Part shown: positions 9,686 through 18,525 of the stretch, in pieces
How the letters are laid out: every line of letters begins with the position of its first letter
How positions within the stretch are numbered: position 1 is the first letter of the stretch
Notes under the pieces: model-generated
What the model was told of the DNA's origin: nothing
Database searches by the model: none
The model's input: the letters and a program-made list of their open reading frames with translations, nothing else
Assembly (NCBI GenBank): GCA_964505695.1
Contig: CAZDJG010000001.1
Coordinates: 1 to 38,869, forward strand
Length of the DNA: 38,869 nt
DNA from: an uncultured Ruminococcus sp.
GTDB taxonomy: Bacteria > Bacillota > Clostridia > Oscillospirales > Ruminococcaceae
Reading direction: 5' to 3'
Made by a program: the position numbers and the translations under genes

Positions 9686-10048
9686 TCAGCCGAGGACCTT
9701 CTGGACAGTCGCAAGGATCCTGTCGGGCTTAAAGGGCTTTACGATAAAGTCCAGTGCGCCGAGCTTTATAGCCTCTACGACCATTGACTCCTGACCCATA
9801 GCCGAGCACATAACGACCTTAGCGGCAGGATCGGAGGATTTGATGTCCCTGAGCGCCTCGATTCCTGTTTTGTTGGGCATAGTGATATCCATGATAACAA
9901 GGTCCGGCTTTTCCGTTGCATATGTATTGCAGGCAACCTCACCGTCGGAAGCCTCAATAATATTTGTGTAGCCGTTTTTGGTGAGTGTGTCCTTGATCAT
10001 CATTCGCATAAAAGCAGCGTCGTCAACAAGCATGATCTTCTTATCCAT
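9686..10048 (-). CDS. cheY: Chemotaxis response regulator CheY
   Basis: VDDAAFMRM, MDITMP, SAMGQ, FIVKPF; standalone 120-aa receiver after fliY. Confidence 0.96.
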   Translation of the reverse strand: MDKKIMLVDDAAFMRMMIKDTLTKNGYTNIIEASDGEVACNTYATEKPDLVIMDITMPNKTGIEALRDIKSSDPAAKVVMCSAMGQESMVVEAIKLGALDFIVKPFKPDRILATVQKVLG

Positions 10049-10050
10049 AA

Positions 10051-11421
10051 TTAGTACTCCTTACCTAAATTATCCAAAAATTTGGACTTGATTATTTCTG
10101 TGATCCTGACAGCAAAGTTATCGTCAATAACCACAACATCGCCTTTTGCAATCAGGTGTCCGTTTACTATCACATCGACCGGAGCGCCTGCCTGCCTTTC
10201 AAGCTCGATAATGGTACCCTGAGCAAAGTCGAGAACATCCTTGACCTTTTTGCGGGTAGAGCCTATTTCAACGGTAACATCAAGCGGAACGCCCATAAGA
10301 AGCTTGAGGTTATCATTCTGATCTGCATTCAGATCCTTATTTGTATAATTTTCAAAGCTTTGGAGCTGAACTGCCTGAACATTTACAGCGCTGCCTCTCT
10401 GGACAGGCTGCATGGGGGGATAGCCATACGGCGGCATATAATAACCCTGAGGAGGAACCGCTCCTGCCGGCATTGCACCCATAGGAGCCGCACCCATACC
10501 CATTGCAGACTGTGCGCCCGGCTGAGGATTTCCCTGCGGCATCGTCATACCGCCCATAGGCTGCTGCATGGACTGAGCTGCCCCGTTCATCATATTCTGA
10601 GCAGCATTTGCGGGGGCAGGTGCGGGAGGGGGAACCTGAGCTGCACCGCCGAGCAGCGCATTTATCTCATCCTGGCTCATTGAAGATCCGGAAGAAGCGG
10701 CAGTATCGGCTGCCGGAGCAGCGGCATTATCAGAGCCGCCGAGGAGCTTTTGTATCTCATCCTGACTGAGCGTATCATTTTCAGGCTCAGGCTCATCAGC
10801 TCCTGCGCCATAGCTTGCCATCATTTTATCAGCCATTTCCTTTGCAAGCGCAATGGATAAAACGGAAATAAATTCCGAATTGATAACATTATCAATGGTA
10901 AGCTTGAATTTTATAACGCATACATCGTCATCGGGCGCAAGACCATACGGATTGACGTCGCTGTTTGAATCGTCCCGAACCTCCGCTTCCGGGGTGGAAA
11001 TATCAATGGGTGTACTTATAAGCTCCGACAGAGCGGTAGCCGACGCACCCATCATCTGGTTCATTACCTCGCACACGGCGGAAATGTTCATTTCGTCAAA
11101 TTCAAAGTCGTCAGTGACCTCAAGAGGCATACCCATAAGCTGGTTCAGTATAAGCTGAACGTCATTCTGCTTTAAAACCAGCAGATTTTCGCCCGAAACG
11201 CCTTGTATATACTTGATCTTAACATGAATGGACGGCTCAAGCTCGGGATAAACGAGTCCCCCTGCTTTTTCAACCGAAACCGTAGGTGTTGTGATCCAGA
11301 CCTTGGCGCTCAGCATATTTGAAACGGCAGTAGCCGCAGATCCCATGGTGATGTTCATCACCTCGCCTATGGCGTCTTTTTCCGCCTCGCCGAAGCCTTC
11401 GGCAATAACGTTTTCGCTCAT
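10051..11421 (-). CDS. fliY: Flagellar switch phosphatase FliY (CheC-like domain plus FliN/SpoA domain)
   Basis: EVMNITMG and EVMNQMMG ExxN motifs; C-terminal VPLDVTVEIG...KGDVVVIDDNFAVRIT. Confidence 0.93.
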   Translation of the reverse strand: MSENVIAEGFGEAEKDAIGEVMNITMGSAATAVSNMLSAKVWITTPTVSVEKAGGLVYPELEPSIHVKIKYIQGVSGENLLVLKQNDVQLILNQLMGMPLEVTDDFEFDEMNISAVCEVMNQMMGASATALSELISTPIDISTPEAEVRDDSNSDVNPYGLAPDDDVCVIKFKLTIDNVINSEFISVLSIALAKEMADKMMASYGAGADEPEPENDTLSQDEIQKLLGGSDNAAAPAADTAASSGSSMSQDEINALLGGAAQVPPPAPAPANAAQNMMNGAAQSMQQPMGGMTMPQGNPQPGAQSAMGMGAAPMGAMPAGAVPPQGYYMPPYGYPPMQPVQRGSAVNVQAVQLQSFENYTNKDLNADQNDNLKLLMGVPLDVTVEIGSTRKKVKDVLDFAQGTIIELERQAGAPVDVIVNGHLIAKGDVVVIDDNFAVRITEIIKSKFLDNLGKEY

Positions 11422-11426
11422 TCGTC

Positions 11427-12434
11427 CTACCTCAATTCCTTGTATATATTATCTATTTTTATTGCTTTCCTGTTGCCCGAAACGCCGAGCTTTCCGTCGT
11501 ACCAAACGCTGTTGCCTATTTTCACCTCAATATTTCGGCTGATAGGCACATTGAGCGGAATGACATCATCTGGCTGGAGCGTAAGCAGATCGTAGAGATC
11601 CACCTTTGTATCACAGAGAACGGCTTTTATATCTACCTCCGAATCCTTGATGGCGTTCATAATGGATTCCCTGCGCTCATTTTCCTTTCTGGGATCCTGC
11701 CGCTTGGTTGTTCTTGCCCATCTGTCGCCGAACTTGCTCATTATGGATTCAAGATTGATAGCGGGGATACAGAATGCCATAACATTTTTTACGTCCTTTA
11801 TCTCTATTTCCAAGGTAATAAGGATAACGACCTCATCGGGGGGAATAGACTGCATGACTCTTGAATTTGTTTCAACGGCGGTCATGGTGGGGTCGAGGTC
11901 TATATACTGTCCCCACGGATTCTTGAGCGATTTCGCCATATGCTCAAGAACATTTGACATAAGGGTCATTTCGATCTCGGTAAAATCCCTGTTTGTTTCG
12001 GAAAAAACCCCGTGACCGCCCATAAGTCTGTCTATCATGGTAAAGGTTATGGGGTTTGAAAGCTGCATTATGCAGTTTGTTTCCATAACGTCCTCGTCAT
12101 GGATACCCATATTTATAAGACACATCATAACATAATCGGGGAGAGCGTTATTGAATTCATAATACCTCTGCTCCTCTATCTGCATGACCTCCACACGGCA
12201 GTATATCCGCATAAGACCGGTGAGATAGGAGGAAAGCACACGGGCATAGTTTTCAAAGATGCTGTCTATGACCTTCAGCTGCTCCTTGGTAAATTTCTTA
12301 GGGGTCTTAAAGTCATAGATTTTTACCTTTTTTTCCGAGCTTTGCTCTTCTATTTCCTCAAAAGCCTTTGAACCCTGAGTGTTGAAGCTGTTGAGCAGTT
12401 CGTCTATCTGTTTCTGAGACAGAACGTCAGCCAA
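11427..12434 (-). CDS. fliM: Flagellar motor switch protein FliM (TTG start, 335 aa)
   Basis: ADVLSQKQIDELL, YDFKTPKKF, DRLMGG; TTG follows an AAGGTG RBS. Confidence 0.96.
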   Translation of the reverse strand: MADVLSQKQIDELLNSFNTQGSKAFEEIEEQSSEKKVKIYDFKTPKKFTKEQLKVIDSIFENYARVLSSYLTGLMRIYCRVEVMQIEEQRYYEFNNALPDYVMMCLINMGIHDEDVMETNCIMQLSNPITFTMIDRLMGGHGVFSETNRDFTEIEMTLMSNVLEHMAKSLKNPWGQYIDLDPTMTAVETNSRVMQSIPPDEVVILITLEIEIKDVKNVMAFCIPAINLESIMSKFGDRWARTTKRQDPRKENERRESIMNAIKDSEVDIKAVLCDTKVDLYDLLTLQPDDVIPLNVPISRNIEVKIGNSVWYDGKLGVSGNRKAIKIDNIYKELR

Positions 12435-12501
12435 TATATTCACCTTCATTCATTGCAGTGATTTTGTTTCTGCGGGAATCCGCAGACCGGAAACGGCATA
12501 T

Positions 12502-13428
12502 CTATTCGGAAGAACCTCCCGCTTCCGCGCGCTTATCGGCTGCGTAATCGGATTTTGTGTAATAATCCTTTTCGGAAAGCTCCTGTGCCGCATCCGCCGC
12601 CGCAGCACTGCTTTCCTGAGCACTGTCCTGCGTTCCGTCGTCTTTTGAATAGCTTATGAAGTTCTGACCGAATTCCAGCTCAAGAAGCTCCATTGCGACA
12701 TCCGAGTCGGTAAGATCCACATCGTTTCTGATAAACACGATTTCTACCCGTCGGTTCTGTCTCTTGCCCTCTTCGGTGTCATTATCGCTTACGGGGCGGT
12801 ATTTTCCGTAGCCCGCAGCGGAGAATTTTTCCGAATCGCAGCAGTCGAGACTGAGCATATAGTTAATGACCGAGCTTGCACGTCCGGAAGACAGCTCCCA
12901 TTCGTTTGCGCCCGAACCTGAGCTTGCAGCGGTATGCCCGTTTACTTTAATAGCAAGAACCTGCCTGTCAACAGCTCTTACGCCGTCGCAGATGATCTCA
13001 AGGATATATTTGCCCTCGTCGAGAAGCTCAGCGGAGTCTCCTGCAAAGAACACGTTATCGCGAAACTTCATGTAAACTCCCGTATCCGCCATTTCAACGG
13101 AAACGCTTTCTTCAAGACCTGCCTCCGCAACCACCTGATTGAGGTACATATAAAACTCGTCAAAATCTATCTCATCGCCGGGTACCTGCTCGTCTTCGAC
13201 ATAGATCGCAGTGGGGTCGTTGTCGGTATTAGGTTCATTCTGGACTACAACGTTCACGACCTCGCCCTTTTTGCCGGAAAACGCCTGGGCAATGTACTGC
13301 CACTTGCTCTGATCCATAGTGGACATGGAATATAGAAGAACAAAAAAACACAGCAGAAGAGTTACAAGGTCACCATAGGTATCCATCCAGTTGGCGCCCT
13401 CGGCACCGCCGCTTTTTCTTCGTGCCAT
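12502..13428 (-). CDS. motB: Stator protein MotB (MotS/PomB-like TM), OmpA-like domain
   Basis: WMDTYGDLVTLLLCFFVLLYSMS TM; GHT, NEWELSSGRA, NRRVEI; ATG after GGAGG. Confidence 0.95.
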   Translation of the reverse strand: MARRKSGGAEGANWMDTYGDLVTLLLCFFVLLYSMSTMDQSKWQYIAQAFSGKKGEVVNVVVQNEPNTDNDPTAIYVEDEQVPGDEIDFDEFYMYLNQVVAEAGLEESVSVEMADTGVYMKFRDNVFFAGDSAELLDEGKYILEIICDGVRAVDRQVLAIKVNGHTAASSGSGANEWELSSGRASSVINYMLSLDCCDSEKFSAAGYGKYRPVSDNDTEEGKRQNRRVEIVFIRNDVDLTDSDVAMELLELEFGQNFISYSKDDGTQDSAQESSAAAADAAQELSEKDYYTKSDYAADKRAEAGGSSE

Positions 13429-13478
13429 CAGCTTCACCTCCGAAGGAAATGATCACAGCGCACTTCCTTATTTTTATA

Positions 13479-13507
13479 ATTATAACATATCTTTTGAAAT
13501 TTTTCTA
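13479..13507 (-). promoter_or_regulatory. Candidate internal sigmaA promoter upstream of motB
   Basis: TAGAAA-17 nt-TATAAT with an extended -10 TG (TGTTATAAT) in the AT-rich motA-motB gap. Confidence 0.55.
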
Positions 13508-13560
13508 CAGTCATTAGTCACATATTTTACACTTTTTAATATAAAAATTCTGCAAATACT

Positions 13561-13577
13561 TTGTTGATTTTATACAA
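13561..13577. promoter_or_regulatory. 17-bp TTGT-N9-ACAA candidate operator
   Basis: Minus strand TTGTATAAAATCAACAA, 16/17 identical to 27131-27147. Confidence 0.5.
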
Positions 13578-13586
13578 TAATACCAA

Positions 13587-14393
13587 TTACTCCGCAGCAG
13601 GCGCTGAGCTGCCCGATGATTTCTTGCCTGTAGCGGTGTTCATGGGAAGCATCATTCTGAGCTTTTCTTCAACATATCTGGGGTTTGCGCCCGAAATGAT
13701 GGCAAGGGTACCCTCCTCCACTATCTGAAGGCAGAGAACCTCCTTGTTATGTATATAGCTGAGCTGATTTCCTATAGGGGTAAAGATACAGTGAGCAAGT
13801 ATACAGCCGTAGAAAGTCGTAACCAGCGCTGTTGCCATAGCGCCGCCCAGATTTGCCGCAGAAGTCGGGTCAGTAGGATCCATCTGCTTGAGCATACCGA
13901 TAAGTCCGCAGAGAGTACCGATCATACCGAATGCGGGAGCGACTCCAGACGCTCTTGCAAAAATAGCGTTGTTTGCGTCATGGCGGTCGCAGAGAAAGTT
14001 GATTGAATCGTCGAGCATGGATTTTACCTTGTCCGAATCGTTTGCATCGACAATAAGCATAAGCGCCGATTTCATAAACTGATCCGTGCAGGCGTTTGCC
14101 TGCTCTTCAAGAGCAAGAATACCCTTCTGACGGGCGGTTTTGCAGTAGCCCACCATCTTCTCGATATAATCTTCGGGGTCGTATTTGGGCGATTTTATCG
14201 CAAGACCTATAAATTTACCGATGTGCTTTAAGGTGCTTGCGGGGAAGTTTGCGATAACCGCGCCTATCGTACCGCCGACAACGATAGCGACAGAAGGGAT
14301 GTCAATGAACCATTCGAGCTGACCGCCCGATACCATTCCGTAAACGGTAAATCCGATTGCAATAACAAATCCTATGATCAATGTCAAATTCAT
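13587..14393 (-). CDS. motA: Stator protein MotA (MotP/PomA-like)
   Basis: ARQKGILALE, APAFGMIGTL, ALVTTFYG. Confidence 0.95.
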   Translation of the reverse strand: MNLTLIIGFVIAIGFTVYGMVSGGQLEWFIDIPSVAIVVGGTIGAVIANFPASTLKHIGKFIGLAIKSPKYDPEDYIEKMVGYCKTARQKGILALEEQANACTDQFMKSALMLIVDANDSDKVKSMLDDSINFLCDRHDANNAIFARASGVAPAFGMIGTLCGLIGMLKQMDPTDPTSAANLGGAMATALVTTFYGCILAHCIFTPIGNQLSYIHNKEVLCLQIVEEGTLAIISGANPRYVEEKLRMMLPMNTATGKKSSGSSAPAAE

Positions 14394-14439
14394 AACAAAG
14401 AGCGTCCTTTCTCTTTAAAATATACTATATATAAAGCTG

Positions 14440-14625
14440 TCATTCAGCTTTTTTTTCCTTTTCAAAATTGAGGATCATGCTGTATATCTCGTCTACGCTT
14501 TCCTTGACGAAATATTTGTGACCGTTCTGGAGAGTCAGCACGGTATCGGGAGTTTCCTCGGCAATGGCGATGAAATTTTCGTTTACAAGCAGTTCTGTGC
14601 CGCTCATTCTCGTCAGTCTTATCAT
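14440..14625 (-). CDS. flbD: Flagellar protein FlbD/SwrD (61 aa)
   Basis: MIRLTR...EETPDTVLTLQNGHKYFVKES; between flgE and motA; AGGAG RBS. Confidence 0.9.
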   Translation of the reverse strand: MIRLTRMSGTELLVNENFIAIAEETPDTVLTLQNGHKYFVKESVDEIYSMILNFEKEKKAE

Positions 14626-14692
14626 TTTGGTCACTCCTGTACATTTAGTATAATTTTTTGTAGTATTAACTATTAGTAAATAAAAACAATAA

Positions 14693-14756
14693 GTATATTT
14701 ACCCGATATATTACTTTCGGTATAATATCCGAAGCAATATATCGGGATAAATATAC
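14693..14756 (-). terminator. Long hairpin after flgE (terminator or 3' stabiliser)
   Basis: GTATATTTA-CCCGATATATT-..CTT.CGG / CCGAAG.-AATATATCGGG-.-TAAATATAC, about 26 bp paired; U-rich run follows on the minus strand. Confidence 0.7.
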
Positions 14757-14765
14757 AAAGCTTTA
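14739..14765 (-). promoter_or_regulatory. Candidate sigma28 (SigD) promoter for flbD-motA
   Basis: TAAA-N15-CCCGATAT versus consensus TAAA-N15-GCCGATAT; the TAAA overlaps the flgE stop codon. Confidence 0.5.
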
Positions 14766-16220
14766 TCTCTTGAGGTTTACAAGCTCTTCAAGCATGGAAT
14801 CGGAGGTGGTAATGATTCTCGCATTAGCCTGATATCCTCTTTGTGTAACGATCATGTCGGAAAACTCGTTTGCAAGGTTTACGTTTGACATTTCAAGCTT
14901 TGAGGACTGAACCTCGCCTGCACCCGAATCGCCGGGACGCTTGATATTTGCTTTGCCCGAAGCATCGGTCTGCATAAATGAGGTATCGCCTATTTCGGAA
15001 AGACCTTCAACGTTGTCGAAAACAGCGATATCTATACGTGCGATGGCTCTCATCTCGCTTGCATACTTTGCGGTAAGAACGCCGTCCTCGCCTACGGTAA
15101 AGCCGTCGAGGTCGGAATACTTGAGCGAACCGTCCGTCATATCGGCATAGATCGTGTTTCCTCTTGCGTCCTGAGCCTCAAAGTTTTTGGTAACGGCATT
15201 ATAGGTATAGGTGATATCGCTTGCGGCGAAAGTCCTTGTGCCTGTGGTTGCATCCTTGGTCACATTCTGGAGAGTATATGTATATGTTTTCTGAATGTTG
15301 CCGTCCGCGTCCTTGGTGGAAGTACACGTATAAGTGTAATAATTTCCGTCCTCGTCCATATAAAGCGGCGTGCCTGCATCGGCGGATGCATCCGGATCGA
15401 AAACAACGCCCTGAGTGTTTACATACTTGCCGTTTACGCTGTAGAGAATGTAATCGGAGGCTACTTCAACTCCGGGTTCGGCGGTATTGTCAGGGATATC
15501 GTCGTCGGTCATTACCTGTATGTTGGAAATATCCTTGTCGTATGCGATCTGACGGGTGGTATCATAGGGGTCTGTGCCTGTGTAGATGACCTGAGTTGTG
15601 CCTGCGGTTTCGTCGGTTCTTCTGTATTTTGCCTGAACGTCGTCAAAATCTATCTCGCATTCGGGCTTGAAAGCGTCCCATACAAGATCATTGACATTGA
15701 TGGTGTCCATTTCGTTGGGATTGTCTGCGGGGTCGATATCCGTCATTTCGGTGGAGGAGTATGTACCGCCGAGAAGTCTTGAACGGTTGACAGAACCGAG
15801 GATAAATTCGTGGTTTGCGTTTACGAGATTTCCCGCGGAATCAATTCCGAAGTTGCCCATTCTTGTGTATGTAACAGAGCTTATCTGACCGTTTCTGTCA
15901 AGGGTTCCGCAGGCGAAAAGACCGTCGCCCGCAATAGCCATATCAAAGGTTCTTCCTGTGTTCTGGAAGTTCGACATAGACATATCCTTGTCAATAGACG
16001 CGACCTGAACGCCGTAGCCGACCTTAGAGGGGTTATTTCCGGCATAGTTTGCGCTTCCGCCGGTTTCATTTCTCTGGTACTGATAATAGATATCGGAGAA
16101 AGAGGTTCTCGAAGCCTTAAAGCCATAGGTATTGACATTTGCGATGTTGTTGCCGATAACGTCCATACGGGTCTGGTGGGATTTAAGTCCCGAAACACCG
16201 GAATAAAGTGATCTAACCAT
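14763..16220 (-). CDS. flgE: Flagellar hook protein FlgE
   Basis: MVRSLYSGVSGL, GNNIANVNTYGFK, LEMSNVNLANEFSDMIVTQRGYQANARIITTSD. Confidence 0.97.
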   Translation of the reverse strand: MVRSLYSGVSGLKSHQTRMDVIGNNIANVNTYGFKASRTSFSDIYYQYQRNETGGSANYAGNNPSKVGYGVQVASIDKDMSMSNFQNTGRTFDMAIAGDGLFACGTLDRNGQISSVTYTRMGNFGIDSAGNLVNANHEFILGSVNRSRLLGGTYSSTEMTDIDPADNPNEMDTINVNDLVWDAFKPECEIDFDDVQAKYRRTDETAGTTQVIYTGTDPYDTTRQIAYDKDISNIQVMTDDDIPDNTAEPGVEVASDYILYSVNGKYVNTQGVVFDPDASADAGTPLYMDEDGNYYTYTCTSTKDADGNIQKTYTYTLQNVTKDATTGTRTFAASDITYTYNAVTKNFEAQDARGNTIYADMTDGSLKYSDLDGFTVGEDGVLTAKYASEMRAIARIDIAVFDNVEGLSEIGDTSFMQTDASGKANIKRPGDSGAGEVQSSKLEMSNVNLANEFSDMIVTQRGYQANARIITTSDSMLEELVNLKR

Positions 16221-16344
16221 TTATTATGCTCTCCTTTAAAAATACTTTTTATCAGGATCCTTCTCCGTCAGACAATCGGGAGAATAGCTTTCCGTAAACG
16301 GTCCAAGCCGTATAAATCCTGAATAATTATACAATGCGTATAAA

Positions 16345-16797
16345 TCAAATAATAACTGTGGAATCAATGTTCGTGAATACGTTTCCCTGCATATCCTCGG
16401 CATTGACCGCTGTGATGACCTTGTTGCTGCGTACGCTGACAACAAACGCCGTCTTGTCTACTATAACAAGAGCGTCGTCCGAGCCCTTGCTTTCAGCCAG
16501 CTCAACGCCTCTTGAAAGCCTTGCAAGCTTATCGGAGGAAAGAACGTCTATCTGTCTGCTGTTGATCCTGTCCACGGCGTGTCTTGAAAAGTTTACGCCC
16601 GACATTATCTCAAGCTGTTCGGCAGTGGTTATTGTATCCTCTGCTGATGTATCGTAACCGTTCTGAGCCGCTATACGGCTTTTCAGTTCTGCCGCAAATG
16701 CGCTTTCCGCAGGTTTAGCGGCATTTTGTCTGCTGCCTGTTTCCTTCAGGGCTTCGGCTGTCGCAGCGCCTCTCAGCCTAAGTTCGCTGATAAGCAT
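16345..16797 (-). CDS. Putative flagellar operon protein (TIGR02530-like)
   Basis: FSRHA..R, AFVVSVRSNKVITA, VFTNIDSTVII; typical position between flgD and flgE. Confidence 0.88.
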   Translation of the reverse strand: MLISELRLRGAATAEALKETGSRQNAAKPAESAFAAELKSRIAAQNGYDTSAEDTITTAEQLEIMSGVNFSRHAVDRINSRQIDVLSSDKLARLSRGVELAESKGSDDALVIVDKTAFVVSVRSNKVITAVNAEDMQGNVFTNIDSTVII

Positions 16798-16821
16798 AGC
16801 AAAACCGCCTTTCCGTTCTGA

Positions 16822-18525
16822 TCAGCCAAGATTGTTTATAAATGCATGACGGGCGCAGTATTCGCCGAATCTGTCCATTTCAGCCTGTTCAGCCGAAGTG
16901 TATTCCGTTGCATAGTGGCGGATAGCCGTTTCAAAGGGAGTAAGCTTGCCGACAAGAGAACCGGGAGCTGCATCATCATCGCATATCTCGTCAAGGGTAA
17001 GATTGCCCGAAGTGTAAAGATAAGAAACCTCGGTGGGTCCGATAATCTCAACTCTCTGAGTGCCGTCCGCATATGTAACGACCTCGCCGAGAATACCCTT
17101 TCCGCACCAGCCTATATCGGTAACGGGTCTTCCCTTTTCCGAATAGCAGATTATCTCGGAGGTATCTATTTTTGAATTGATCTCGGTATTGCCGATAAAT
17201 CTTATATCGCCCATTTTGGTGCCTACCTCATCGGCAAAAGCAGCCTCAAGGGGATAATCCTCGGCATATTTTCTTGAGCTGTAGGGTATAGATCCCGATT
17301 GTGATGCGTCTTCTTCATAGTACTGCTCAAGACTGGAGGACTGCGCATCCATATCGGAAACATTTGTAACTCCGCGGGAATCTCCGTTATCGTATGCACT
17401 TGCAGAGGACGAAGAATCGTTATTACTTACTGTATTATTTTCCTGACTGTAATACTGATCGTATACAGACGGTGCAGGAATCCTGCTGCTTGAAAGTTCC
17501 GATGCGGCAGATGAACCGCTTTCAATATTACTGTTTGTATTATCAGCCTGTTTATAATACCGGTTGTATACAGACGGTGCGGGAATCCTGTCGCTTGTAA
17601 GTCCCGACGCTGCAACCGAATCCTTTACCTGAGCGTAGGAATACCTTTCAAGAGCGTCCTCGACAGCCGCAGAAGCATAGCTTGACATCACGCTGCTGTT
17701 GTCAGCTTCTTCCCCGTCAAGTATCTTCATAAGAGCGTCCAGTGCAGAGTCGCTGCGTGAAGTAACGCCTTGTGTTTCGCCGCCTGCCGAGCGTGACGAA
17801 TATGCTGCCGCATTTTCCTCAACAGATGCCGAACCGGTGTCATCGCTTCCCTCAGAACCGGTGCCTTCCGCAGTATCCGTGCCTTCCGATGAATCGGAGT
17901 CCTCGCCCGAATCGTCATCGGTCTCATCGGAAAGAACATTGGTAATAGCCGACATATCGTAGGCTTCCCTGTTATCGAGGATAATATAGCCGTCTCCGTT
18001 TTTGATAAGAATGCCTGTAACCTTGCCTGTGACCGTATTCTCGCCGTCCTTGACCTCAACATTGCAGCCCACAAAAGAGGAAAGCTTAGCATAAACGTCG
18101 CCGTCGATAACGTCGGTAATGGAATCAGTATCGTACTGGATACCGTTTACAAGCAGCTTGCATTCGCCGCTGTTTACCGATACCGCCTCTACAATTCCCG
18201 TGTCATAGCTTGAACCGTCAAAGACTGTAACAGCCTTTCCGATAAGGGAAGATGAATAACTCAGAGCAGTCTGCTGAGTAAGCTGGGAGATCGCCTCCAT
18301 CATGGAGTAGGAAGCCATCTGCTGAATAAATTCAGAGTCGCTCATGGAGTTGTTGAAGTCCTGGTTGGACATCTGAGCGGTAAGGAGCTTGAGATATCCG
18401 TCAAAATCCAGATAACCCGACACTTCGTCACCGTTCATATTTGTATCTACCTCGTCGGTGCTGTACTTTGAGTAGACCTTGCTGGTGAGATTGTCAGCCG
18501 AATAGCTGTCTACGCTGACACCCAT
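16822..18525 (-). CDS. flgD: Hook-capping protein FlgD with large C-terminal extension (567 aa)
   Basis: LDFDGYLKLLTAQMSNQD...EFIQQMASYSMME FlgD N-terminal motif; follows fliK. Confidence 0.88.
   Translation of the reverse strand: MGVSVDSYSADNLTSKVYSKYSTDEVDTNMNGDEVSGYLDFDGYLKLLTAQMSNQDFNNSMSDSEFIQQMASYSMMEAISQLTQQTALSYSSSLIGKAVTVFDGSSYDTGIVEAVSVNSGECKLLVNGIQYDTDSITDVIDGDVYAKLSSFVGCNVEVKDGENTVTGKVTGILIKNGDGYIILDNREAYDMSAITNVLSDETDDDSGEDSDSSEGTDTAEGTGSEGSDDTGSASVEENAAAYSSRSAGGETQGVTSRSDSALDALMKILDGEEADNSSVMSSYASAAVEDALERYSYAQVKDSVAASGLTSDRIPAPSVYNRYYKQADNTNSNIESGSSAASELSSSRIPAPSVYDQYYSQENNTVSNNDSSSSASAYDNGDSRGVTNVSDMDAQSSSLEQYYEEDASQSGSIPYSSRKYAEDYPLEAAFADEVGTKMGDIRFIGNTEINSKIDTSEIICYSEKGRPVTDIGWCGKGILGEVVTYADGTQRVEIIGPTEVSYLYTSGNLTLDEICDDDAAPGSLVGKLTPFETAIRHYATEYTSAEQAEMDRFGEYCARHAFINNLG
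17404..17613 (-). repeat. Two tandem 105-bp (35-aa) repeats inside flgD
   Basis: AASGLTSDRIPAPSVYNRYYKQADNTNSNIESGSS / AASELSSSRIPAPSVYDQYYSQENNTVSNNDSSSS; DNA GTATACAGACGGTGC at 17461 and 17566. Confidence 0.9.

Noticed and set aside
12469-12486. Small hairpin TCTGCGG/CCGCAGA between motB and fliM
   Set aside because: No U-tract on the coding strand; too short to call a terminator
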